Source: Bacteroidota bacterium (GTDB lineage Bacteria > Bacteroidota > Bacteroidia > NS11-12g > UBA955). From it: 64,000 nt of DNA. Positions 41,275-50,654 of this stretch are shown here, in pieces. Each line of letters starts with the position of its first letter. The first letter of the stretch is position 1. Location of the stretch: assembly GCA_005798825.1 (NCBI GenBank), contig SYIL01000018.1, positions 43,943 through 107,942 of the forward strand, given 5' to 3'. The translations under genes were made by a program, and so were the position numbers. Under the pieces are notes generated by a model. It was not told the DNA's origin, did no database searches, and saw only the letters and a program-made list of their open reading frames with translations.

Positions 41275-42155
41275 ACAAACTTTGCCTTGTAAACCTCCAG
41301 TGTATTCATCATTAGACCTGTTATGGTCATCGGTCCCACACCTTTTGGAACGGGTGTTATGGCAGAAACTTTGTCAAAAACAGAATCAAAATCAACATCC
41401 CCTTGCAATCGCCAACCACTCTTTCGGGAAGCATCGACCACGCGCGTTGTGCCTACGTCAATAATTACAGCCCCATCTTTGACCATTTCGGCAGTAATAA
41501 ATCCTGGCTTGCCCAAAGCAACAACCAAAATATCTGCCATTTTGGTAAAAGACGACAACTCTTTTGTACGGCTATGGCAAAGGGTGACAGTAGCATTTCC
41601 GTATGGTGCAGCGGCGGAAAGCAACATACTCATAGGCCGACCCACGATATTGCTCCTGCCAATTACTACAATGTGCTTTCCATAAACATCAATGCCATAA
41701 TGCTTCATTAATAATGTAATTCCATACGGAGTTGCTGGCTTAACGCCATCGGCAGCACCCTTGGCCAATTTGCCCATATTGATGTCATGAAAACCGTCCA
41801 CATCCTTTTGGGGTAAAATCGTTTGGGTTATTTTTTCTTCTGAAATATGTTTGGGCAAGGGCAATTGCACAATCAATCCATCTATTGAATCGTCTAAATT
41901 TATTTTTTGAATTTCATTAATAAGTTCCGTTTCCGAAATATCCGCACCAAATCGACGAACTTCACCGATAAATCCAACTTCTTCGCAAGCAATTTTTTTA
42001 GCACCCACATAGGTCATGCTTGCTCCGTCCTCTCCCACCAAAATGGCAATAAGACAGGGAGGACGATGGCCTTTTTTCTTATATTCTGCAACATCTGTAG
42101 CAATGTGCATTCGAATAGACGCGGCGGCGATTGTGCCATCAAGAATTAATGTCAT
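41271..42155 (-). CDS. folD: Bifunctional methylene-THF dehydrogenase / methenyl-THF cyclohydrolase FolD
   Basis: 294 aa. It has …MTYVGAKKIACEEVGF… and …VVIGRSNIVGRPMSMLL…. Confidence 0.9.
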   Translation of the reverse strand: MTLILDGTIAAASIRMHIATDVAEYKKKGHRPPCLIAILVGEDGASMTYVGAKKIACEEVGFIGEVRRFGADISETELINEIQKINLDDSIDGLIVQLPLPKHISEEKITQTILPQKDVDGFHDINMGKLAKGAADGVKPATPYGITLLMKHYGIDVYGKHIVVIGRSNIVGRPMSMLLSAAAPYGNATVTLCHSRTKELSSFTKMADILVVALGKPGFITAEMVKDGAVIIDVGTTRVVDASRKSGWRLQGDVDFDSVFDKVSAITPVPKGVGPMTITGLMMNTLEVYKAKFV

Positions 42156-42188
42156 GGGTCTACAAAAATACCCTGAAAAGATTATTTA

Positions 42189-44798
42189 TCATAACAACAT
42201 TACAATCAATGCGCCATCGCCTCCATCTGATTCTGTCTCGTGGTAATAACTTCGAACAAATTCAATTGATTTCAACATCGTTTTTAGTCCTTTGCGCAAA
42301 ATACCGTCGCCCCGACCATGAATAATCTTTAGCTGTTGCTTGCCCAAAGAATGTCCTTCTTCCAACCAGAATAAAACTTTTTGCGATGCATCATCCAAGC
42401 GCTCCCCCCTCACATCCAATACCAAATTATACACTGATTGACGCTCAAGCCACGGGTATCCACCCGTTGAACTGTTTCGCTGTGATTTATCGTTCGACTG
42501 TTCCCTTGCAACAGCCAGCTCCGATAATGGAACCCACATTTTTATCATCCCAAATGCCACTGAAACCTTCCCTTTTTTACAATCCAATACTTCGCCTTCG
42601 GCCCCTGTTACCAGACTCTTTACCTTTATCCCCGGCATAATAATTTGGGGATTTACTGTCAATTGTGGCGCAACACTATCGCCCGGATAGACAAGTTTTT
42701 GGGCAAGCTTATCTTCTTCTTCAACTCTGAGATTATGAATCATAGAATTTTTGATGCCATTAGACTTTGATAACTTTGGGGATTTCGTCTGCATTGTATT
42801 TTGCGATACTTTTGCTGTAGGGGGAGCAGTAGAATTTGCCAATTCTATTTTTGCATGGTGAAATCCTTTTTCATTGTAATCTTTTCCAAGCAAGTCTATC
42901 TTTTGTTTGTACTCTGCGAGTTTTTGCCTTGCCACTTGGGTTTCTTCCTTGGCAGCACTATGTTCACGAATCACCCGAATGGTGTTTTCAATTTGTTTGT
43001 TGGTATCGGCAAGAATTTTTTTGGCATCATTTCGAGCGGATTGAATATAATCGTTCCGTTTTTGGTGTAAGGTATCCTTCAACTCTTGGTAAGAATCACC
43101 AAGCGTTTGAAGGTGTTCTAACTTTTTATCAACCAATGTTAACTGCTCTACAAGGCGTTGATTTTGTTTTTCAAGATCCAACATCAACCCTTCTGATTTA
43201 ACCATTTGTTGTCCTGTCAAGGCTTTTATTCTGTCTATCCAAGAAACATCAAAAGCAGTTTTTCGCATCAATTCAAGTGCAAAAGAGGAACCTGGTTTAC
43301 CCACTACCAAATTGTATAAGGGCTTCATCGCCTGAACATCGTAAGCCATACTTGCCTGCACTACCTCTGCCGAATCCAAACCCCACTCACGCAATTGAGA
43401 AAAATGGGTTGTCGCAATAACAAAAGAGCCAGCCTCGAGCAAATTTTCTAACACAACCTGGGCAATGGGAGCCCCAAATCGAGGATCGGTTCCAGTGCCA
43501 ATCTCGTCTATTCCAATCAACGAACTTTCATTGGCATGGTTGAGCAAATTTTTTAAATGCAGTAAATGAGCACTAAATGTGCTTAATCCCTTCTCTATGG
43601 TTTGTCCGTCTCCACAATCAATGCCTAAGAATGAAAAAATACCCAAACGGCTTTCGGCGTCTGCGGTAACAAACAATCCACTTTGTACCATGTATTGAAG
43701 CAATAATACTGTTTTTAAGACCACGCTTTTACCCCCAGCATTGGGCCCACTGACAACCATGATACGTCGATTTTCCAATGACATATTTAAGGGTATTACG
43801 GGTGATTTTCGGGATTTCAATTCCTTGCGAAGAAGGGGATGAACGGCGTTGCGCAGGGTGATTTGTGGAGAAGCGCTTACTTTGGGTCGCTGGGCATTTT
43901 CTTGCATACACCAACTCCATTTGGCCAACAAAAAATCGGTCTCTGACAAACGGTGCATGGCGCGTTGCAATGCAATTTTATGGGGTGCCAAAACAGCGGT
44001 TATTTGCCTTAGGATTCTTTCTCGTTCTCTTTTTCGATCGGCCGCCAACTCCTTCAATCGATTGTTCATCTCAAGCATCTGGGTGGGCTCCACAAAAAAT
44101 ATTTTTCCGGTCGCCGAAATGTCTTTCACAAACCCATTCACTTTGCGTTTATACTCTGCTAAAATAGGAATTACCAATCGATCTTCTCGAACCGTGATAT
44201 CTGTTTCAGCAGTATATCCAAGGGCTTTCCAATCGCGAAAAATACCCTTCATTGTCTGGCGAGCCGCGAGTTCTAAACGAAGAATTTCATTTGCAATCTT
44301 GGCATACTGTGGCGATGCTTTTGGCGATACCTGACCAAATACATCCAATAGTTTATCTATGGCTATAAGCACCATTTTACAAGATTCTTCGGGGGGTAAA
44401 TTGGCCGCTAGCAAAGGCATTTTTTCTGCCTTATTGTTTACTGCTGTTGAGAGATTTACATACGATTTTGCAATTTGTAAAATCGAGGATAAAGATTCCT
44501 CTTCCAACATGTAATGCTCAATACCCAAATTTTCACAAAATATCGAAATATCTTCGCCCTTGAAATCCAAAGCACTGGGACATTCATCATTCAAACGCTG
44601 CAATTCATCGATACAATCCAATCGTTGCTGAACCTCCTCAAATTCTACAGACATCTGCCATGATTCTGCCAATAATTGACTGCTTGGGAAACGACATCGA
44701 CTCAAAATTGAACTTCTCACAAAGTCGAACCCGACAATACGCTCAAAATCAACTGGATAGTTCACGGAGCACCCTTTTTGGCATTCAAATCGGTCCAT
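42189..44798 (-). CDS. mutS2: Endonuclease MutS2 (MutS domain V ATPase plus C-terminal Smr domain)
   Basis: 869 aa. It has Walker A VVSGPNAGGKSVVLKTV…, …IGIDEIGTGTDP…, and a C-terminal Smr (…LKIIHGRGDGILRKGL…). Confidence 0.9.
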   Translation of the reverse strand: MDRFECQKGCSVNYPVDFERIVGFDFVRSSILSRCRFPSSQLLAESWQMSVEFEEVQQRLDCIDELQRLNDECPSALDFKGEDISIFCENLGIEHYMLEEESLSSILQIAKSYVNLSTAVNNKAEKMPLLAANLPPEESCKMVLIAIDKLLDVFGQVSPKASPQYAKIANEILRLELAARQTMKGIFRDWKALGYTAETDITVREDRLVIPILAEYKRKVNGFVKDISATGKIFFVEPTQMLEMNNRLKELAADRKRERERILRQITAVLAPHKIALQRAMHRLSETDFLLAKWSWCMQENAQRPKVSASPQITLRNAVHPLLRKELKSRKSPVIPLNMSLENRRIMVVSGPNAGGKSVVLKTVLLLQYMVQSGLFVTADAESRLGIFSFLGIDCGDGQTIEKGLSTFSAHLLHLKNLLNHANESSLIGIDEIGTGTDPRFGAPIAQVVLENLLEAGSFVIATTHFSQLREWGLDSAEVVQASMAYDVQAMKPLYNLVVGKPGSSFALELMRKTAFDVSWIDRIKALTGQQMVKSEGLMLDLEKQNQRLVEQLTLVDKKLEHLQTLGDSYQELKDTLHQKRNDYIQSARNDAKKILADTNKQIENTIRVIREHSAAKEETQVARQKLAEYKQKIDLLGKDYNEKGFHHAKIELANSTAPPTAKVSQNTMQTKSPKLSKSNGIKNSMIHNLRVEEEDKLAQKLVYPGDSVAPQLTVNPQIIMPGIKVKSLVTGAEGEVLDCKKGKVSVAFGMIKMWVPLSELAVAREQSNDKSQRNSSTGGYPWLERQSVYNLVLDVRGERLDDASQKVLFWLEEGHSLGKQQLKIIHGRGDGILRKGLKTMLKSIEFVRSYYHETESDGGDGALIVMLL

Positions 44799-45115
44799 TG
44801 TAAGCGGGTAATTACTTTCTCCATGATTGAACTAAACTCATCCGGATTCTCTTTGAGCCAATGAAGTTGTGATTTAAAATCTTCGAAGTTTATGAGGTGC
44901 TTTTTACAAATAAAAGAGTATTCATTAAACCACACCGAATCTGGTAGAATTGCATAGTTATAGTGTATTTGATTGGATGCCTCAAGCAGCATTGCATCTG
45001 CCAAAATAGAAATCATTTTTTCATCAGAAACCTTATTGGGCGATGAATGACAAGCAAATACCGAACAAATTAGTAGGAATAGGGTAATTTTGCAAGTAAG
45101 AAATCTGCGTATCAC
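44762..45115 (-). CDS. DUF4296 domain lipoprotein
   Basis: 117 aa with a GTG start and a lipoprotein-type signal (…LLICSVFAC). The core …EKMISILADAMLLEASNQIH… matches DUF4296. Its 3' end overlaps the mutS2 start by 37 nt. Confidence 0.55.
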   Translation of the reverse strand: MIRRFLTCKITLFLLICSVFACHSSPNKVSDEKMISILADAMLLEASNQIHYNYAILPDSVWFNEYSFICKKHLINFEDFKSQLHWLKENPDEFSSIMEKVITRLQWTDLNAKKGAP

Positions 45116-45136
45116 AACCCTACAAATTTACAAAAA

Positions 45137-45796
45137 ATGACGCGTATTGCTAAAAATATCAAACGAATCAAGGAAAGCATTGGAGAACAAAGCACTTTGA
45201 TAGTGGTGAGCAAATATCGATCTGTCGAAGAAATCATTGCGGCATTCAATGCGGGGCATCGGGTATTTGCCGAAAATCGGGTTCAGGCATTACTGGAAAG
45301 AGTACACGCATTACCCGCGGGCATCGAATGGCATTTAATAGGGCATCTGCAACGCAATAAAGTAAAATATATTGTTCCGTTTATCAGTATGATACACTCC
45401 GTTGATAGCCTAATTTTATTGAAGGAAATTAATAGTGAGGCTCAAAAACTGAGGCGAATTATACCCTGCTTAATACAGATACACATTGCCAAAGAAGAAG
45501 GTAAATTTGGACTACACCCAGACGAAATTGATGCATTTTTTGGGACTTGTGCTGTTGAAGAACTAGAATATGTTCAGGTTTGCGGTTTAATGGCGATGGC
45601 AACTTTCACGGAAGACAAACAACAAATAGAACGAGAATTTATGGCTATGCAAACACTCTTTTTGCATGTTAGAAAAAATTATTTTCCCAGCCAGAAGTCG
45701 TTCAGGGAATTGTCAATGGGAATGAGTTCAGACTACGAACTTGCCACCAAACATGGAAGTACTATGATTCGGGTGGGAAGCGCGGTATTTGAGTAA
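45137..45796 (+). CDS. yggS: YggS-family pyridoxal-phosphate homeostasis protein (alanine racemase N-terminal fold)
   Basis: 219 aa. It has …LIVVSKYRSVEEIIAAFNAGHRVFAENRVQ…WHLIGHLQRNK…LSMGMSSDYELA. Confidence 0.85.
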   Translation: MTRIAKNIKRIKESIGEQSTLIVVSKYRSVEEIIAAFNAGHRVFAENRVQALLERVHALPAGIEWHLIGHLQRNKVKYIVPFISMIHSVDSLILLKEINSEAQKLRRIIPCLIQIHIAKEEGKFGLHPDEIDAFFGTCAVEELEYVQVCGLMAMATFTEDKQQIEREFMAMQTLFLHVRKNYFPSQKSFRELSMGMSSDYELATKHGSTMIRVGSAVFE

Positions 45797-45801
45797 CTGC
45801 A

Positions 45802-46923
45802 TTAATAGTTATTCAACATCATGGGCATGATCAGCATGGTAATGTCCTCATCTCGCTCATTTTCAAAAGGAACCAACAAACCGGCACGATTGGGGACAGA
45901 CAAACGCAACTGAACTTGTTCTCCGTCAATAGTTGCGAGCATTTCTTTCAAAAACCTTGCATTAAACCCTATTTCCATATCACTGCCATCGTATTCACAA
46001 GTAATTCGTTCTACAGCCTCATTTGCCATTTCAATGTCTTCAGCGCTAATGGTGAGTTCATTTCCGATAACCTTAAAACGTACTTGGTAAGTTGTCTTGC
46101 TCGCAAAAATGCTAATCCGATTGATTGAACTCAACAAAGCCATACGCGAAATTGTAATTACATTGTTGTTTTCTGCAGGAATAACTGAGGCGTAATCTGG
46201 ATATTTCTCGTCCACCAATCGGCACAAAACACGGGTTTCTCCGAAGCTGAAATACACACTTGATTTATTGAAATCAACCACTACGGGAGTCTCATCATTT
46301 GGCAATGCAGTTTTAAGCAGATTCAAAGGCTTTTTGGGAATGAGAATATTATCTTCAATCCCCACATTGAAATCTTTTCGAGTTAAGCGAACCAACTTAT
46401 TGGCATCCGTAGCTACAAAAATGAGTGAATTGTTTTTGATCTCTATATATAGACCTGCAAGATTGAGTCGTAATTCATCGGATCCAGCAGCGAACAATGT
46501 TTTATTGATAGCACGCAATAGAATATTTGCAGGTATGGTAAAACTTCCTTCGGGAGGTGTTTCTGGGACAGCAGGAAAATCTACACCATCTTGGCCAGCC
46601 ATTTTATACCGACCATTGTTGTTTACTACTTCAATTCCAAAGGTTTGTGGATCAACACTGAAAGTGACGCCTTGGTCTGGTAAAGAACGCAAAATATCAA
46701 TGATCATTTTGCTTGGGACAGCCACTTTTATACTTTCCTTGCAGGTAACAGGCATGGTGGTTATCATACTTGTCTCAAGGTCTGTACTGTATATTTTGAG
46801 TTTGTTTTCACTGATGTCAAACAAAAAATTATCCAAAATCGGAATAATTGGCTTAGACATAATGGCACCGTTAACCGTTAACAGATGTTGCAAAAGTTCG
46901 CTTGAGGTAGCTATGAAATTCAT
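45802..46923 (-). CDS. dnaN: DNA polymerase III beta sliding clamp
   Basis: 373 aa with three clamp domains. The N-terminus is MNFIATSSELLQHLLTVNGAI…PILDNFLF. Confidence 0.9.
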   Translation of the reverse strand: MNFIATSSELLQHLLTVNGAIMSKPIIPILDNFLFDISENKLKIYSTDLETSMITTMPVTCKESIKVAVPSKMIIDILRSLPDQGVTFSVDPQTFGIEVVNNNGRYKMAGQDGVDFPAVPETPPEGSFTIPANILLRAINKTLFAAGSDELRLNLAGLYIEIKNNSLIFVATDANKLVRLTRKDFNVGIEDNILIPKKPLNLLKTALPNDETPVVVDFNKSSVYFSFGETRVLCRLVDEKYPDYASVIPAENNNVITISRMALLSSINRISIFASKTTYQVRFKVIGNELTISAEDIEMANEAVERITCEYDGSDMEIGFNARFLKEMLATIDGEQVQLRLSVPNRAGLLVPFENERDEDITMLIMPMMLNNY

Positions 46924-47014
46924 ATTTTATAGAAATTATTGACCGGCTTGTTGGGTGCAAACTTATTGTATCTCAGGCAATAAAAATCCACAACTTACAT
47001 TGTTTTTATGAACA

Positions 47015-47317
47015 CTATTCATCCTTTGTTGGCTTTTTTTCCTCCACAATAACGAAAAGATCTTCATCATCTTTTTTCATTAGGTATTTTACGCGGGCAT
47101 ATCGCTCGAGATTGCGGTCATTGCCAAGTAGATCTTTCTTGAGCGTCTCCAATTCAGCAATTTTGGAATTATGTTCGTCGATATTGTCTTCCAGTATCGA
47201 AATTTCGTTGAGGAGCTGGTATCGAAAAAATATATTATTCAAATCAAAAAATGACATCCAAAGAGCAAACACACCAAATAAAATAAAATATCGGTATCGA
47301 AAAAGGGGATGGTACAT
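47015..47317 (-). CDS. ftsB: Septum formation initiator family protein (FtsB/DivIC-like)
   Basis: 100 aa with one N-terminal TM followed by a coiled coil. The C-terminus …ERYARVKYLMKKDDEDLFVI is the characteristic ending. Confidence 0.6.
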   Translation of the reverse strand: MYHPLFRYRYFILFGVFALWMSFFDLNNIFFRYQLLNEISILEDNIDEHNSKIAELETLKKDLLGNDRNLERYARVKYLMKKDDEDLFVIVEEKKPTKDE

Positions 47318-47404
47318 ATTGCAACAAATGTCTGTGATTTTGAGGAGTCGCCAATACTATCTTTCGAGTGCTGTGCGATATTTTGTACTAATTTTGAACA
47401 CGTG

Positions 47405-48541
47405 ATGAAACAAATACTAAAAAGGCTTGTAATTGGGGCGTTTACGCTGTGCCTTTTGAACATTTTCTCTTGCCATTCGAATCCAAATTCAGCAGTCAAG
47501 TCAGACATTGTGTGGATAAAGAATGACTATGCTTCACTTTTCTCACTGGGTTGTTCAGAATCTGACAGTTTTTTGATTCTGTATTCTGGTAACAACAACA
47601 AAACCATTTTGGGTCAATTTTTTTGGGGAAAGTCACAAGAAATCTCAGGGTATACAAAAATTTTAACCCACAAACGCATTGTAAGTATTTCCTCCACTCA
47701 TACATCGATGATTGCCGAGCTCGGAAAATTGCAAGATTTGGTGGGTGTAGAATCTAAATCCTATATCTCTCACCCATTATTGTATAATAAATCCTCACTC
47801 CAACCCTTGATTGAGGTTGCACCCAATGGGTCAATTCTCCCCGAAACAGTATTTCTTTGTAAACCCGATTTATTCATTGGATACTTTGTCAATGGGAGCG
47901 ATGCCGCATTGATTGACAGAATTGGCAGAAACAAATTTCCGGTATTGTGGTGTCAACATCACCTCGAAACCCATCCTTTGGGTAGAGCCGAATGGATTCA
48001 TGCACTGTCATGGATTTTGGGAAACCCCATCAAAGGCCAACAAATATTTAAGCAAGTTAAATCAGACTACGAGAAAATTCGAGAAAAAACAAGCCATGTC
48101 AAATTCCGACCTGCTGTTGCCAGCAATATTCCTTACAATGGCCTTTGGTTTGTACCACAACAAGAAGCCTACCAAAAACAAATTGTTTACGACGCAGGAG
48201 GGAATCTATTGGTGACGCCAGGCCAGGGGACGGGAACCAATATTCTGGGGATCGAACAAGCCATTCAAATTTTTTCAAAGGCTGATATCTGGATTAATAC
48301 AGATCTTTGTTCTAGTCGAGAATGCATACTTGCCATGGATCAACGCATTTCATCCATTAAGGCTTTTAACAATCATCATTTATATCATTACAACAAAAAA
48401 CTGAACCCCAATGGTAGCAATCCGTATTGGGATATGGGCTGTATCTATCCCAATCTAATACTACAAGATTTGTTCATGATTTTTCAGGACACTACCTTTG
48501 ATGTTGAGAAAAGTCATTATTACCTTCCGTGTTCAAAATAA
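47405..48541 (+). CDS. ABC transporter substrate-binding lipoprotein, class III (iron-siderophore/heme/B12-type periplasmic binding protein)
   Basis: The track ORF starts at 47309. The internal ATG at 47405 gives MKQILKRLVIGAFTLCLLNIFSCHS with a lipobox. PF01497-like features are …RIVSISSTHTSMIAELG… and …LCKPDLFIGYF…. Confidence 0.7.
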   Translation: MKQILKRLVIGAFTLCLLNIFSCHSNPNSAVKSDIVWIKNDYASLFSLGCSESDSFLILYSGNNNKTILGQFFWGKSQEISGYTKILTHKRIVSISSTHTSMIAELGKLQDLVGVESKSYISHPLLYNKSSLQPLIEVAPNGSILPETVFLCKPDLFIGYFVNGSDAALIDRIGRNKFPVLWCQHHLETHPLGRAEWIHALSWILGNPIKGQQIFKQVKSDYEKIREKTSHVKFRPAVASNIPYNGLWFVPQQEAYQKQIVYDAGGNLLVTPGQGTGTNILGIEQAIQIFSKADIWINTDLCSSRECILAMDQRISSIKAFNNHHLYHYNKKLNPNGSNPYWDMGCIYPNLILQDLFMIFQDTTFDVEKSHYYLPCSK

Positions 48542-48663
48542 TATCATTGGCCTGCTGTTAAAATGATACATAATCGAACTCAGAGGCCAAAAGGCTATGA
48601 CTGTCAAACACAACAATCTGTCCCTTCAGAACCTCAATACAAGGCACAAAACCAAACGAAAGA

Positions 48664-49641
48664 ATGAAAAAAAATACTGCTTTACAAATCGTTTTGGGGA
48701 TTTCTATTTTGGCATTGTTGGGTTATGACCTTATGGCTGGACTTTCGATATTGAACAAGAATGCATCTTTGGCTTCCGATAGCACCCTGTTTTTTGACTG
48801 TCGTTTACCCAGGGTATTGGGCGCTGTATTGGCTGGAATATCCTTGGCTTGGAGCGGCCTAATGATGCAAACTTTGTTTCGCAATCCCCTGGCTGGACCA
48901 TTTTTGATCGGCGTAACACCCGGAGCATCTTTTGGTATAGCAATACTTACTTTTTTCGGTGGATACTATTTTAGTGACTACAGTGGTTTTGGTGTTTCAT
49001 TTCAACCCCTTGCTGCCTTGTTGGGGGCCTTACTGGTAATGGGGATTCAATTGTGGATTCACAAACGATTACAACAACTTCACAGTTTACTGTTATTGGG
49101 ATTGGTTCTGGGATACTTTTTTGGAGCTGCGGTTGACATTATCGAACAAATGGCATCCGCACAACAAATCCAACAATTTGTACTCTGGGGTATGGGAAAC
49201 TTTGACCGAATAGAAATTTCGCAATTGTTTCCCTTTGCAGGAGCAACTTTTTTTGGTGGTGCAATACTGTGGTATAACCGCCATTCGTTTAACACTTATT
49301 TGCTGGGCGATATCCATGTAATCAGTTCTGGTAAATCAACCCATAGATTACGTGTTCTATTGATTGCAGGCAGTGCCGTCATGGCGGCTTTGACCACAGC
49401 CTACTGTGGTCCAATATCTTTTGTTGGATTGATTGCACCCCACCTTTCACGCCGCATTAGCGGTACAGAATCGCACAGTAAAAACATTGTTCCAACAGCA
49501 TTGTATGGCATTCTATTGACCCTTACAGGTGATGTTTTGTCTCATAATTTAATTCAAAATTTTTCCCTTCCAATCAATGCGATGATGGCAATCATTGGCG
49601 CTCCTTTGGTATTTTACATTATTCGAAAAGTAAAGTTCTAA
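48664..49641 (+). CDS. ABC importer permease, FecCD/BtuC family
   Basis: 325 aa with 9-10 TM helices. The FecCD signature region is …LLLGLVLGYFFGAAVD…AGSAVMAALTTAYCGPISFVGLIAPHLSRR…. No ATPase gene follows it. Confidence 0.85.
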   Translation: MKKNTALQIVLGISILALLGYDLMAGLSILNKNASLASDSTLFFDCRLPRVLGAVLAGISLAWSGLMMQTLFRNPLAGPFLIGVTPGASFGIAILTFFGGYYFSDYSGFGVSFQPLAALLGALLVMGIQLWIHKRLQQLHSLLLLGLVLGYFFGAAVDIIEQMASAQQIQQFVLWGMGNFDRIEISQLFPFAGATFFGGAILWYNRHSFNTYLLGDIHVISSGKSTHRLRVLLIAGSAVMAALTTAYCGPISFVGLIAPHLSRRISGTESHSKNIVPTALYGILLTLTGDVLSHNLIQNFSLPINAMMAIIGAPLVFYIIRKVKF

Positions 49642-49906
49642 GCCAAGTGTTTGTGGGTCGTGGTAAATTCGCAGATATTCAATTTACTTTAGGCCCATGT
49701 TCGCGGATATCTGCTCCAAGAAATGAACTCAGCCAAATAAATAAGTCTATCAATAATATTTCGCCTGAGTTTTTTTACAAAAATTACAAGGTATGTGTGA
49801 AAGCTATCTTCACCAAAACACAGAAATCCGAATGCCAAAATCGAACCCTTTTACATGGATAATGTGTAGGGAAAAACGGGAGATATATGACCCCATAGGG
49901 TAAAAA

Positions 49907-50626
49907 TTACTCAAGACGGCCTTGTTTGATAATGTGGTCTATTTGATAATCCAAAACAGGATCATATTCCACCTTCATATTTTGTCCGTACAAAGTACCC
50001 AAGGCATGCCATCCGATTGATTCAAATCCCCCTCGATAGTTTTTCATAATCTCCCAAGAAGTTTTCCCAGTTTCTCTGTGCAATAATTTCATCAGAACCT
50101 GCCCCTCGCCAATGGTTAAATTTTTCAATTGTTCAAGGTACATTATCTTAATACTTTCCTCACATTGTTTGATGTATTTCTTGCGTTCCCGTTTGCCCTG
50201 AATCGTTTGTAATTTATCTTCCATTGCCTTCATCTTCATGGCCGCCATTTTGGCAAAAGGCATTGTTTTTATTACCCTACGCTTCAAAATCTGATATTCC
50301 TTTTTCTTGGATTCATCGATGCTACCAGAAAGATATACAGGATCCAATCGATCAAAATCTTCTACTATAATGGTATCAACCCTCAGTTTGTCTGATGGGT
50401 TGACTTGGGCATGCAATTGGGGCATTGATATTCCCAGTAGCAGAAAAGAATGAAAGCAATACAGCCTCAATGAAACATTCTTCTGGGCGTTCACCAAGCA
50501 TCTATTGAACCCAAAATGAGCGGAAATTGATTTGGGATTTACGCTCTGTAAGCGCTTACAATACCTTCGTAGTAATTTGTACCCTTGTAAAATGTACTGA
50601 TTGTGTATGATAGATAAATATTTCAT
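49907..50626 (-). CDS. DUF4294-like hypothetical protein
   Basis: The track ORF is 239 aa. The probable true start is an in-frame TTG at about 50470, which gives MRLYCFHSFLLLGISMPQLHAQ as a signal peptide and a protein of about 188 aa. The core is …KRRVIKTMPFAKMAAMKMKAMEDKL…KKYIKQCEESIKIMYLEQLKNLTIGEGQVLMKLLHRETGKTSWEIMKNYRGG. Confidence 0.45.
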   Translation of the reverse strand: MKYLSIIHNQYILQGYKLLRRYCKRLQSVNPKSISAHFGFNRCLVNAQKNVSLRLYCFHSFLLLGISMPQLHAQVNPSDKLRVDTIIVEDFDRLDPVYLSGSIDESKKKEYQILKRRVIKTMPFAKMAAMKMKAMEDKLQTIQGKRERKKYIKQCEESIKIMYLEQLKNLTIGEGQVLMKLLHRETGKTSWEIMKNYRGGFESIGWHALGTLYGQNMKVEYDPVLDYQIDHIIKQGRLE

Positions 50627-50654
50627 GCGTTTGCCCTTGTTTCATAGGAATTAC

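Noticed and set aside
44790-44825. My hand translation of the mutS2/DUF4296 overlap showed an apparent frame inconsistency.
   Set aside because: A homopolymer (ccc/ggg) at about 44820 made my base count differ by one from the ORF track. The track is internally frame-consistent for both genes. I treated this as my own miscount, not as a frameshift or pseudogene.
46268-46942. A 224-aa ORF on the plus strand lies entirely antisense to dnaN.
   Set aside because: The dnaN frame encodes a complete, highly conserved sliding clamp. The antisense ORF is low-complexity (S/T/L-rich), has no recognisable domain, and looks like a typical shadow ORF.
46924-47014. A DnaA-box-like 'aatccacaa' lies upstream of dnaN and could mark oriC.
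   Set aside because: It is a single 7/9 match with no cluster of boxes, no AT-rich DUE and no adjacent dnaA gene. That is not enough to call an origin.
49642-49906. A 265-bp gap holds a 71-aa ORF (49647-49862) and a weak hairpin (aactcag…ctgagtt+T6) that could be a small gene, a toxin or an sRNA.
   Set aside because: The ORF has no recognisable features. The hairpin stem is only 7 bp with a loop of about 30 nt. The gap is most likely a 3' UTR or terminator region for the permease and the convergent DUF4294 gene.
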